Assembly: GCA_964247055.1 (NCBI GenBank) | Contig: OZ176052.1 | Span: 2,232,001 to 2,296,000 of the forward strand | Direction: 5' to 3' | DNA: 64,000 nt | Source of the DNA: Paragordius varius | Taxonomy: Eukaryota > Animalia > Nematomorpha | Shown: positions 1 to 13,966 of the stretch, in pieces | How positions within the stretch are numbered: the first letter of the stretch is position 1 | Layout: each line of letters starts with the position of its first letter | Program-made: the position numbers and the translations under genes | The notes under the pieces: generated by a model | Seen by the model: the letters and a program-made list of their open reading frames with translations, nothing else | Databases searched by the model: none | Told to the model about the DNA's origin: nothing

Positions 1-193
1 CTGACGAGACTTTACAAATTTTATTCCCGAACAAATGATAAAAATGTTTCCCTTGATTCTAAAATAATTTCAAATGATTATATTTCTTAAAACAACATCT
101 CAAAATACGGAAAAATCTACCTCCATTCTCTCTGGCTATTAATTTAATTAATCCAAATTCTGAGCTTATTAGTTAAGCTTTGCAATTACTATC

Positions 194-227
<34 letters not shown>

Positions 228-248
228 TTTTTTCCCACTGACATATAG

Positions 249-1270
249 AAAATAATAAATGGAATGAAGAAAAACTCAAACTGGCCTACAACTATTTCGC
301 CGATCCGGCTTACAATCAAAAGACTAATACCGAACTTGCAAAGTTAATTGGCGTTAACAAAATTAGTCTTGGGCGTTACCGACAAGATTTGGCTAAAGGC
401 AAGGAAATACATTTAACTAATAGTGGTAGAAGGCCAAACTACGAATTGATGAAGTGGTTGAAAGGCGTTTTCGAAAACGATAATACCATGAATCGAAAAC
501 AACTTAAACAAATGCTACCAGCTTCGTTTGAGAAAGTTTCCCTAGTCACCATACTAATTACACTTGGTAAAATGGGTATGAGAAGCAAAATGCATCGCAT
601 TTACGAGGAGGAGATTGTCAATACGCCAGAAATTATTAACCAACGTTACCATTTTGCCGTACGGACCAAAGATGTACCCATGAATAAAATATTTTACATA
701 AAACAAGTTCAAGTGTTTCCAAATGGATTCATTAAACGAGTATATGTTCACAAAGACGAACCACCTACCCTAAAATATACGAAGGAACGAACAAGCCTTA
801 TGTGTCTCGTGGGTGTGAATGGTGTCATCCGATATGATATTAAACGGGGTCTTTATGATGCAACTAGTTACGAAACATTTCTCGTCAAATGCTTAAATAT
901 GCCTCAAACTAATGGTTCATATCTTGTGTTTGATCCAACAAATGTTATGGTAAACTTCGATACTCCAGCCCTAAGTCAGTTTAGGGAGAGATTGATTTTA
1001 TTACCCCTGTATAGTCAACAATTGAATCCGGCACATTTATTCCTTAACAAATTCCTTAAAGAACATAACGTAACGGCTCGTAGCGATACGATTGATTTAT
1101 GCTCTAAAATCGTCGATTTAATTCAAACCATAGATCAAAAACTTATCAAGGGTTATTACAACTTCTCTCATAAACTTTTGTGCAACGTTGCTTTAGCTGG
1201 GAAACCGTTAACAAAAGAATTACATGTTAATCGGCACACCAAACTCAAATATGATTTAAATTGTGATTAA
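249..1270 (+). CDS. Tc1/mariner-IS630 (DDE_3-like) transposase-derived protein, terminal exon of a spliced gene; catalytic triad degenerate
   Basis: The frame of ORF 389..1270 stays open back to 242. A strong acceptor (T-tract, CTGAC at 237-241, TAG at 246-248) precedes it. The N-terminus is HTH-like (WNEEKLKLAY...TNTELAKLIGVNKISLGRYRQ...SGRRP). The C-terminal half follows the IS630/Tc1 pattern, with IFYIKQ for FIDE, LVFDPTN for MDNA and LLPLYSQQLNPAH for LPPYSPELNPIE. Confidence 0.7.
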
Positions 1271-3087
1271 AAAATTGTGTTTGAATTTATTTTATATTTG
1301 TTTTGATTAAAATTATTTCTCAATTATATATAAATAATTCTTTATAAATATATGATCACATACGAACTTTGCCTAAAACGAAGCTATTATTTTAATTTAT
1401 CCAAAGTATTGGAGGACATTGTCATTCTTTGATAAAATCGAATTAATTGTGATTGGATCGCTATGTCGAATTACTATACCCCTATAGTTATGTTGAAGCA
1501 ATGAATTATATGTTAGCCTTAATTATTTTGAACCAATTATTCATTTTTAAGATATACCATATTACGGCTAAATTGTATTATCTTATCATGGAGGGATGCG
1601 TTGCTAGAGTCGACGTCGATATTTTGCAAGATTTTAAATATCTTTTACAAATTGCGGTTTATAGTTTTGATATTGAGTTCTATCAATAAATTATTTTTTT
1701 AAATATTGTCCATCCACTTGATTTTATTCGACTTCTTTAACGTATCCAATGACCTTTCTCAACCCTTTAAATTCCTTTGAACTATAATTTTAAGGAAATT
1801 TATCAAATAAAAAATGTCTTGACAGAATTATAAACATTACGATCCCTAATATATCACTGTTTTTCACGTCCATTTTCACCGAATAATATTCATTGACACT
1901 TAAAACGAAATATGTTCCGGGAGGAGCATCTTTTTACTTCCCAAAGTATGTTACCAAAAATGGTCAAATCATTTTTATTTCTTGATTTTAAAGAAGTTAT
2001 TAAAAAATCTCGATTTTGGTAAACAACCTGTTTTGAAAAAACTCTGACATTAATTGTGACTTAAAATTCGCGCTTGAAGTTTTGACAGATTATAGAAAAA
2101 AATTTACAATATCACTTTCACAATAATTATTTAAACAGAGCTCACCCATTTTTACAGAGGATTTGCTATGTCCATGCCTTCACTACGAAATGATTTAATG
2201 ATATTTTAAAATAAATGATTTATAAAGATTTTTATTTTCTATAATATATAAGCATGTATGCATGAATAATAATGAATATTAAATTTTTTAAGGACAATAT
2301 ATCCTAATCGCAAAGGATAAGACTGACTATTTTGTTATTTTAATTATTCATATAGGGCTGTCTTACTACTGTAAACAAGCGCCAATAGGCTACATTTTAT
2401 ATTAATTTGGGCACATATTTAAAATAAAAGATCCTATTTTTACAGGGATTAAACCGAATTCTGTTTCAAAAAAGCAGAAAAAGATAATCTTGATTCATTA
2501 ATAAAATACCTGAACTCATAATTACATTCAAATAACCTAAGTTGTCGGAGAACTACTTCATCCCATTATTTTCCATTTTTATTAATACATTGATAAATTA
2601 CGGAATTGATTTTGGATGATGCAGTATTAACTTTTAAGTTGATTAACAACAAAATAAGTAGTAAAATTTAATGGCTGCTTTTTCCTATTTATAGGTTTAA
2701 ATATTTTAAATTTTAATAATATGGTAATATGGAATAGCCGCTTTAAAATTCAATCAGAGAAAGCTTTTCGATAGACCCCATGATTAATCTCGTAACTTTT
2801 GTTTTGTTATCAATTATAGGCATATTAACGATGACAATAGTCTCGATTACAATTGATAAATGGATTAAATTGTATCTGAATTATAAATATATTTACATAT
2901 TCTTTATTATAGTTGATTCAAAATAAACGCAAGCAACATAATTTTAATCATAAATCTGTATTAGTTTGTTACAATCACAAAATGGTCATTAAATTTAAGT
3001 AATCAAAGAAATTTTAGCGCATTTATACTTCATGGTGTATAAGGGTACATATAAAAAAATAGATCATTTAGATCATCTAGGCTTGTG

Positions 3088-6000
3088 TTAACGGGGTCGA
3101 TTATTAAACGTTTTTTGATATCGATTATCTTTATTGTTATAATTATTATTATTATTGTTGTTAATCATTTGATTTCCTGTGTAACGCATTCCCATATTAT
3201 GCCTTGGACCATTGAGACCCCCAACGTTAAAAGATGACATCATTTGGTTTGGGGTTCGGGGAGCACCCGTGGCATTAAAGTGATAAGGATCATCTCTGTA
3301 ATGAGATAAAAAAATTACTGTAAAAACCGTATAAGATATTATGCCTCAAATGACAATTTTTATATCACTTTTTATCATAAAAGGCTAGACACAAATTGTA
3401 TCAATTGATCTTTTCAACTCTTCAACTCTCACTTATACTTCAAGTATAAAACTATAAAGGCGCCTTAACCTTAAAAGGTTAAACAAAAGTAACTATTAGA
3501 TTTGCACAATAGAAATATATATTTCATACATCAATAAATACGGATGTTTTTATGTGACAACTCTCCATAAATGTATATACGAAACGCGTTAACCCAAAAT
3601 TAACCAACTTTTTAAAGTTTTATTTAAAGAGTAAATTTTACTGCATTTGCTGTTGTTGACGAAGCATAAGGGCTGCCTGAAGGGCCATGGCAGGATTCGG
3701 AAGGCCAGAATTCGGTCTTAAAGCTGGACCTAACAGGCTTGTCGCATTATTCATATTAAAATTATTATTAGTGTTTGAAAGTAAGGCAGCACCCATTTGT
3801 CGAGCAAGCAAAAGTTTACCCACTAACCCGCTCACATTATTAACGTTATTTGCGTTGTTTTGCATAAGGAGTTTGGACATGACATCTCCAATGTTGGCAT
3901 TTGTTGCATTGTTAACGGAAAAATCTACAATTTCACAGTTGGTAAAAAATCGATAAAAGAAGCGTTTTTAAATTTTATTTTGTAATCCATAAAATTGGAA
4001 AATAAAATTGGTATTTATGAAATTTTTAATCAATTTAGGAAAACCGATATAAATGTGATTAAAACCAAATTAATTAACAACATTTTTATGCAAAAATAAA
4101 TTTGATTAAAGAATTTCAATTTAAAATCGAAAAATTGTGCAAGGGACCAACTACCACTCCTTTTAACATTGTGCATGAAAATGTAAACATTATATTATTT
4201 AATCTTTCTTACAGAATATTATTTCTTCTTATTTTATTGATGGTATCCATTTTTACAATAATTAAAATTTAATTTTTACCGTAAAGATTTTTTGATATGT
4301 ATTACAAAATTAGACTACGATATTGTTAAAAATAGTTTTTCCCACATAATTATTTATAACTGATTGCGTTATTTATAATTTCACATAAATTTAGAAAAGT
4401 AGAATAGAATATACATACTATTATCAGGTCCGTTATTGTTCATGTAGGACCCACTAGATAAATATGATTGTTCGGGCATCCCCGTATTAAGGACATGAAA
4501 ATTATCTTGAATCCTACGTGGAATGTTAGGGGAAGGATTGCCATTGTTAATCATTAAATTATTGAATTGTTGAGGTTGGGGTATTTGATTAAATGCAAAT
4601 GCATTATTATTATTATTATTGTTGTAATTTGGAAAATTATTACTATTTATATTATTATTGGCAAAATTATTGAATGTTTTGCGGTTAAAATCGTTTTCTT
4701 CAAGGTTCTTTTCAGGATCTAAATTAGTTTTACTCTCTGTTTTAACATTAGTGGTGAAGGGAGATTGATATTTTGAGGTAATATCACCACCAGCGAAATT
4801 GGTCGCATCTACACCATTGTCTATTTATAAAAATGTTTAAATAATATATATTTTTGTCCGCAAAAAAGCCCACAATTTCAAAAAAAACTTTATTATAATT
4901 TTGTTAATAGCAATTTACAAAATAAACAATATACCGTTTTTTTTAAACAATACGATAAGAATTAAAGCGAAAAAAAATGGTTAAAATGAAAACATAATGT
5001 AATTTAAGTTTAAAACAGGATATAAATTACCTCCTTTATTATTTGCAAAGTTCTGACAACTTAAATCTAATCCAGGTATCCCATTTGTGTTATTAATGGC
5101 ATTCATTTTGTAATTAGAACTATATTCATTAATATTATGGTGGTTGTTATCAATCATATCTAACCCTGGTATAAGATTTAATTCTTTCGTAGCATTCATA
5201 TCAATGGATTTGTTTAGCGAAGTATTTTGACTATTAACTCCAATATCGGATTTATTTAATGATTCATCCGCTACGAAAAAAATGGATAAATTTGGTAAAA
5301 AGTATTTGGTTAGTATTATAAAAAAAACGTAATTTTTAAAATTTCCAAAAATAAAACTTAAAAAAATTATATGATAAATATGCCATGTAAAAATATACTA
5401 ACCTATATTTGTAGATGGTAGGATATGTAAAGCGCTACGACCCGTGCTATATGAAGATAAGTCAGTTTTGATGACTAAAACGAATAATATAAAAATATTT
5501 ATTATTTACAACAGTAAAATTAAGAATATAAAGACAACACATTAAAATTGAAAATTATTTTTTTATAAAAACATCCATATATTTGAAACCTTGATTTTTC
5601 GAAATATAACTTATCATTTTTAGTTGCAAAAATACGGATGTAAATAGATAACTTTCGATATTTTACAATTGTAATTATAAAGTTATATAGAAAACAAGGT
5701 TTAAAAAGTCCATTAAAAATTGAAATAAACGGACAAAACTTAAGCATAAAGACAAATATTTTTTTTCAAAAAAGACCTGTACTTTTTAAACATGTTTTTT
5801 CCTATATAAATCATTAAATTACAATTTTTATTTATAAAATTAAGTGCATTACGAATTTACATCTCTATATCCTATTTCGCAAACCAAGATGATGAGTTAT
5901 ATTAAAAAAACAGGATTAAAAAGTACAGTAGTCTTTAAAAAAAATATTTGTCTTTTTGTACTAACGTTTTGCCGGAAAAATTTAATTTTTTCCCTATGTC

Positions 6001-9000
6001 TGCCTTTACAAGGAAAGTATTTTTTGTCTTTTAGTTTTTAGTTCTTGTTTTTCTAATGTTTATATTTACTGTAATTCTAAAAAATCGTAAAATTTTTTGA
6101 TATATATTCGAGTATATATAAACTTGATTTTGACGCAAATGCCTCATCCAATCCATAAGAGGTAGCCATATTATGAGCATTTATGGTTTCTTTATCGTGC
6201 AACAAATCACCTGGTCTTGGACGCGTCCAAAATTTACTATATACATATATATAAAATATGTATCGGCATAGAAATTTTTGATAAAGGAGAATTAAGTTTT
6301 ATGTTAATATTCATAATTATATGTAAATGCTCATAATTTTATTATAAAATTTCGAAAATATTTAGTTAACTTTCATAAAAAAATATCCTCAAACAAATTA
6401 TATATAGTCCAAATACATAGATATAATATATACAGTATTAGGGAAAAATGTATTAAAAATAATTAATACCGATTTTACTTAAGTTTTAATAAATTTTGAT
6501 TCAATAATTAAATTATATTCAACATATAAAAATAATTAAATATTTTTTTTAATTTTTTTGACTCATTGTAAGGGCTATGAAATATTATACCCAAATTCGG
6601 ATTTAAAAAAACTGACATTATTTAAAAATTGGAAAAGATGATAATAGGCTACTGTAATTGATATTTTAAATTTGAAGATAAATATTAAAATATTTCGAAG
6701 AAAATAGTAGAATTACGTAGAATGATCATTTGAGCCTGAGACAAGGATATGACCAAGTGGATGCCAATTCAAACTCCAGATAATACTGTCATGTGCTTGT
6801 TCTATAACCCCTAATTCCTTGTCATTTCTAAATGGAGATATTTTAAATTTTTTTACAATGGTGGTTTATATTAATAAATATATTAAATTCTTTCTATAAA
6901 TAATTATTTTTCCAACACTTATAAATTTTTACTATTTTATTTTAATGATATATTTCTTTTTTAAACAATATTAAAAAGGTTTTTGAATCCCGTTAATTAA
7001 ATTCACTTCAACATATATGGTAATGTTTAGAGACCAATCGATAAAATCATATTAGAACTTACCCAACCGTCCAATAAAGGAGAGTTCCGTCGGCTGAACC
7101 GCTAACAAACAACCCCTCATGAATCGGGTGCCATGCCAAAGCTAAATGATTAAAATATTTTTAGTATAAAAAATTAATATTTTTAATTATTGAGTGAAAC
7201 AATAATTTTTTCAAATCTTATATAAAATATAAATGATAAAAGTGTGTAAATAAAATTTAGTTTAAATTCATGAAGGAATAGAATCAAAAATGTTTGCAAA
7301 TACCATTTACAATTCAAATTCACCCTAAAAATAAATTATGTGTTTTCGGGCTTATAACTCATCATTAATAAGAAATTCTTATGGCATAATTTATTATTTT
7401 CCCGTATTTTAGTAATTTTCGAAATCATTTTATAAAAATAAAAAAAATATAGGTAATTTTTAATCTAAAAAACAAAATTTTAGGGTGAATTTGAATTTAG
7501 GGGTGAATTTGAAGCTTATGTAACAATGGTATATTACATAAAAAACTATCTTTTATGATTTAAAAGTAATATCTTGTTTTTATATGCAAAAAATATATCC
7601 ATATTTCTACATGTTATATCCTTTTTATGGCCCTTGAACACTTGAAACTCTTCTCTAAAGTTCCTAATATCAAACAATTTAAGCGAATGATCCCGTGAAG
7701 CAGTTAAAAGCCAATTCCCATTAAATTGATTCCATCCCAATGACATGACTGTTCCTTTGTGCGAATGACTACCCAATAAAAGATAGATGTTATATAATAC
7801 ATTTTATTTATATGAAATCATGATGTTTTTAGGAATAAAATTTGAAATGTTATATGGCGTTAATAAAACATTTTTCAAAACATTACATGACCAGTATAAT
7901 TTAAATAGAATTTAACCTTAGTAATTATATTATCTGGATTCAAAAGTATAAATCGTATCATTTATTTAATTGCTTAAATCATAAATTTAAAACCTACCAA
8001 ATTTAAGAGTCAAATAAAATTGGACAATTAGAAAAATATAATATTTAAAAATTATTGAAAGAAGTTATTAAAAAAAGAAAGGTGAAAATAAAAATTAAAT
8101 AACGCAATTAAATCTATTCTTTTAACATAATTATGGTGACACAAATAGTTAATTGTATAAATATTATAAGTATATATCTAAAATAATAAAACGTAATAAG
8201 TATCAGGGACAAGAAGCGTCTAATCAAATCAAAAAAATAAAAAGGAATATATATTTTAACGTAATTATGTTTGAAATGAAATGAAGATTAATATATTTAT
8301 AGAATAAAGTTTGATCAGGAATCTTAAGCTTTTATATTTTTACCTATTGGCCATATAATTTTAAAAAAGGAAAACCTTTTCAAAATAATAAAATTCAAAT
8401 ATAATCATACCCGCAAATAACCTTATTCATTTTAATTATAATGTAAAAATATATTTAGCAAAAATATAAGATGATGAAATCTCCTAAATAAAATAAAAAA
8501 TATTCCTTAAATAATAATTAATCAGTTTCGAGCATGGATTGATTTTATATTTTACAATGAAGCTAACCAATAGCGATGAACTTGGTGCAAAACCAAAACT
8601 GTTAAAAATATTCGTTTATGTTTTTACAACTTGGAGATAAAAATTAGGTTTAAAATAAACAATAGACTTAAAATATGGTGGTAATGATATGGAGAGTGTC
8701 AAGGAATTAATATCAATAAAGTTAAAAGCGAAAGTTATATTCAAGGAAGGGATTATATATCGTGACTTTTTGCGCTTTATTTATCAATTTTATGATACCG
8801 CGCCAAGAATCATATAATCGATTAGTTAAATGTATACTAACCCCTGATTAAAAATGAACAAAACCCATGTTAGATTAAACTAATGACAAAGGCTTTAAAG
8901 GTGCAACACTCACGCAAAAACATTGTTTTAAAAATTTAATCTCAAAACCTTTACCATATTCCACATCCAACCCTTTTTAACTCTACCTCTGGCTTGAAAC

Positions 9001-12000
9001 CTAAAACCGTCGCAATGATACCTAGACCCCGCTTAGTATCAGCTTGGAAAATTTCACCGACTTAAACATTAAATGCAACCAAATCTTAAAAACAAATATA
9101 GATTCTATATAAATGTCATCCTATTTAACCCGCTTCAAAACTTTGCTATTGAATGTTTCGTAAACAAATTAAAGCTTAAAACATAAATTCGAAAAGAAAG
9201 GCCTGCAACTAGCATGAATAAAGCCAGATAAATCTAATCTTTTTCAAAATATGAAAAGCATTGAAAGATAAGGACAACTATCTTTAGAAAAAACTATACT
9301 ATTATGAATGACCAAATATATGGAAAACCAGGGGTATTTTCCTCGATAACAACAATCGCTTAAACAAAAAAAAATTGTCACTCCAATCATTTTTTGTATT
9401 ATCGGCTTGATAATTCCTAAAAATACAAAATTTACCGTTTATCCATATACATAATATTTATTTTATCATGTATTCGTATTTGCATCATGTAACCACTTTT
9501 TCCATTTAATATTGTTGTTGTAAAAGGAATAAAATTTATATATACTACTGCTGTCTGTGAAACTATCACAATTCTAAGAAGAAAAAATAAAACAAACATG
9601 GTAGCAAGCGAATTTCCCGATTTTGGATCCCACAATTTTACAGGCTGTTGGTTATCCTTGCTTCCTGAAGCCAGTAGGGATTTACTAGGGTGCCAGTCTA
9701 TACATTTCACATCACATCCATGTCCTAAAACATTTGAACAAAAAATTAATTGATAAATTTAAAATGTTTATGTAAATTTGAATAAAAATATAAATTGTAT
9801 TGTTTTAGATTTGATAAATATATATGTTGAGTTTTCAAAAATATAATAACCTAATGCAAAATTAAGCTTGTTTATATCCTATTCAAACATTATCCAAAAA
9901 TCCGAATTAATATATGGATTACCCTACTTAGAGAATTATTATCGCACGTAAATTATATTTAATTATTTAATAAATAAGTTTATATTAAATATACAAAAGA
10001 TGTCCTTTGCCATATTTAGGTTAAAAACTATTTCGGCTGTTTACGCATTCTATTGTAAATTTGATAATAGTTTCATATTTATAAAATTTTTATATGGCAA
10101 AGCTCTAAAAAAATTTTTTTCACTTTAAACAAATTTATATTTATGATTTTTTTGGATATATGTGGCAGAATTATTAAATCATTTGATGGCAATTAATCAT
10201 TACCCAAATAATAATTCAACAATTTTTCGAAATAAAGAAATCATAAAAAATAATAAAATAAAAAGTAGAAACAAGCATATAAGAAATGACCTTCCAAAAG
10301 CTTTTGGATATTGAATAAAGGGTAGGAATAATAGATCCAAAAAATTATATCCAATAAAACGTGATAAAATGCAGACCTTTTGATAAAAAATTGGCAAAAA
10401 AGGATTAAAAAGAAAAGCTAGGTAAAGGGATATGAAATGGAAATGTACGAAGACGTCCTAATTGAATTATAGTTTATTTCACGTAAATTCAGAAGCATGG
10501 ATGATAACTTCTATAATATTTAAAGCTTAGAAGAGATACTAAAGAGGCCACTGGGTCTTACTATATAAACATAGAGATAATGGTGAGATAGGGTTTTGCA
10601 ATAGAAGTGAGTAAACGCAAAGTTAGGGTGAATATATTAACAAAAGAGTGATAACAGGAGTATAAAACTTGGCTTACATACTATGAGGAGATCATATAAC
10701 GATTTGTATAAAAAGCCATTGGATTTATACTTAGTAATAATGAGGTTATTTATGGAGTTAGAATGTAAACATACGAATATGTAAGAGAAAAAAGGGATTT
10801 ATCCGTTTTTGAGAGATAATGAGAAAACTTTTGGTAGATTATTAAGAAGATTTAATTTTAAGAAGGATGTCTGATGTCTATATTATATTGTTGGAAGCAA
10901 TGCAGAAGGGGTACCCAACCAGAATATATACGGCTAAGGGCCTTTCTGATGCTTTTTTTAATTGATGCAGGAATATAATAGGCTGGTATTGAAGAAGGTA
11001 GGGCGTTGAATGCCGATGTTTAATTTAAAAAGTCACTAGAAAAACAGTTGTGAGTTATCAGGGGTAAAATTGTAGCTTTTGAAATGGCCAAAACATATCA
11101 AAATTTAGTTAAAATTGAGTATTGAAATAAAATATCTTATAGGTAATGTGTTAAGCACTGATAAGTTAACAGACGGTATAATAATAGTATAGGGTGTAGG
11201 TGGTTGTTTAAAAAAAAATTTTATAATTTATTTTATGAGAGAAATATTCGAGTTAATCTGAGGTAAGAATTTATATTGATGCGATTCAGAAATCATAACA
11301 AATCGTCGTCAGCGCTACGGATATCCAAAAAAGTTTTTAAAGAAAGTTGCAGAGATGAGAATGCATAGGCTTCTAATAGGTTTTTAACTATTGACCATTG
11401 ATTAGTATATTAAGGTTTGAAGAGGTTTTAATATTTAGTACAAAAGATAAGAAGGTGTAATGATGTTGCCCAATTGTATAAAAATAGGGGACTAATTTTA
11501 GCAAAAATATCCGCTTTTGGAAATTAAAAATAGAGGATTCCCAAACTATTTGGTTATCCAAATAATGAGAAAATTAAAAACGCTTAATTAAATTAAAAAA
11601 TAAAAGTAAAAAGGATAATATATTTATTACATATATGGATATATGTTTGATAACCATAAAAATAAAGATTAGGTAATAACATAAAAAAATCAAAAAAGCA
11701 TATAAAAAACAAACAGTGTCGAATAGACGAAAACAATGAAGAATTAGTTAATAAGACACCTCGCAAAATTTTTTCTTCAAAGCATCTTTCGAAATCCCAA
11801 ATACGAACAGTTCCATCATCCGCACAAGAGGCTAGTTTATGATCCGTTGGGCTAAAACTACAAAAATAAAATATTCATTTTAAATAATTACTTGTATGAA
11901 AAAAGTAAGTAAACCAACTTTCATATCATAAAAAATAATTAAGTTAAGTCTAAAAAAATCTATTTTACCACCAAAATTGATATAATATTATAAAAAATAT

Positions 12001-13900
12001 AGATATAAACATTCTAAGTAGTTAATCGACATTATTGATCAATTTTTACAATAAACATATATAGCTGCTTTCGGAAAAAAAATAAATGCGAATTTGAGAA
12101 TTAAAAATTTACCTTAAACCCCTAACTGCATCCTTATGAGCTGGGAACATTTTAACATTATTCATGTTACATTGCCAATATTTGATGTAACCGCCGTGAT
12201 CAGCTGTTACCATCCATTGATCATTGTGACTCCAAATCATACATCGGACTGGCGTGTCATGTGCCTAAAACAAAAAAAATTATTAAAGATAAATTTTATT
12301 TTAAACCAATTTTATAAAAAAAATTGTTTTAAATACAATTTTTGTAAAACAAAGTATGAAACCAATTTCGGCCAAATTTTTCTACTATAAGACGTTTTAG
12401 GTGTATGATTCGGTTATATTTTGATTTAATAGTATTATTAAATGATATATAATTATAAGCTATATAATCCTAAAACCAAATTCGAATCGCGCATCAGGCA
12501 TGAAAAACTATATTTTTTTAAAATAAAATAATTTGTCAGTATTTTCACATGCTATAATTAAAAACGTGTTGCATGCACACTTATTAGCAAAAGCGTTTTA
12601 GAAATTACAAACTTATAATAAAAAAGCATTATTTCCTACTAAATCTAGTTGATACAGTACCTGTAACACAAAACAAACTGTAACTAAAAGAAAAAAAGGA
12701 CCTGTAAAATAGTTTCAAAATTGAAGGTAAGACCATTCCAAAGAGTAAATTCTCCACTAGAGGCACCGGTTATAAGTCGACGTCCATCAGGTGTCCAAGC
12801 CACACAAAAGATGGGGCATTTTATTTTATTTGTGGCGGCTCGGACAAATTTGGTCGTTACGGCATTGTAGGGATTATCTAGATAACCTTCCGGGGGTAAC
12901 ATCTAATAACATCAATATGAATGACAAAATGTGTGTCTTTATAAATTATGTTAAGGATAAAATATTTAAAAATGATCTGTGTGGACAAATTATTATTCTA
13001 AAGTTTCTTACATCAACTGTGTATAGAGGATCAGGTTCTGGATAAGTTGTATCTCGAATATCTCTAGTCCAGGCTCTTTTCTAAAACAATATTAGAACAA
13101 AAAATTGACATTCAACATTATATTTTAAAAAAATAGCAGAGCATTTCAAACTTAAATATTTTAACAAATATCCTAGATATTGTAAATAATAAAAAAATTG
13201 TTTATATGATCTTTTAAAGCATATTATAAAAACTTATTTAAAAATAGTGAAATGTATTATCTCAAATTTTTGCCGCCAAATAAATTATCTGATTTTTCAA
13301 TCTGAAAAAACCTGGCATATAATAATTCTGATTAAAATAATTTTATTAATTTATTTAAAAGGCTTATATTTTGAAATAAAAAATTTTGGTTAATTAATTG
13401 ATAAAATTAGCGGTTTGTTTCAAAAAAAGCAATGCAACTTTTTTAGCTATGCAAATTAAAATTGTAAAAATTATATTTCGTCTACCGATAAATGGGTTTA
13501 AAATTAATTAAAATACTTTATTTTCTATAAATTTTAAGACTTAAAACTTTAAAATATATTGTTCATAAATTTTAAAAATAATGAAATGTTAAACTTATCA
13601 TATATAGTAAAAAATTACCTCCAACAAATGTAAAATAGATGAATTTTGATCTACAGTTTTTCTAGTAATAGATTTTCGAACTCGTTTTCCATCGAGCCCA
13701 ATGGTTAAACCACTTTGAGCAGGTGTCATAAGATGTGGTAGGGCTGGCAGTTGATGTGTAGAACTATATTTGGCCGCAATCGAATTCAGTTGAAATGATA
13801 TTTTATTGACCAGAACCGGTTTGTAGGACGGTTGTTGAAGTTGCATTTGTCTAAAACTTTCCATATCCGTAATTTGAGATGGAGGTGCCAGAGCCATCAT
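3088..13900 (-). CDS. WDR33: Pre-mRNA 3'-end processing WD40 protein WDR33 (Pfs2-like), 15 exons
   Basis: Exons join in frame through GT-AG introns: [17 protein letters not shown]; [55 protein letters not shown]|AHDTPVR; [26 protein letters not shown]; [11 protein letters not shown]; [16 protein letters not shown]|[10 protein letters not shown]. An N/Q-rich tail ends in exon 3088-3295 (TAA). The start is ATG 13900 or 13864. Confidence 0.95.
7301..7531. mobile_element. MITE family A copy 1 (TACCATT...AATGGTA termini, AATTCACCC subrepeats)
   Basis: Terminal inverted repeats taccatttacaattcaaattcaccc / gggtgaatttgaa...aatggta. The same internal sequence recurs near 35700, 37650 and 45090. Confidence 0.75.
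10440..11460 (-). pseudogene. Probable decayed non-LTR retrotransposon (LINE) RT C-terminal remnant in a WDR33 intron
   Basis: Strong G>C strand skew over ~1 kb. Broken minus-strand frames give RSADDDLL (YADD-like) and [14 protein letters not shown] (K..I.P.L.Y-like), with many stops and frameshifts. Confidence 0.3.
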
Positions 13901-13966
13901 AAGCAAATCAACGGGTAAGTGAACGAATGAATATTATAGAAAATTTTAAACGATCCCTCTCTCCAT

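Noticed and set aside
389-1270. Bacterial IS630 contamination or active transposase
   Set aside because: It has a spliceosomal acceptor, lies among intron-rich genes, lacks visible TIRs and lacks two catalytic residues.
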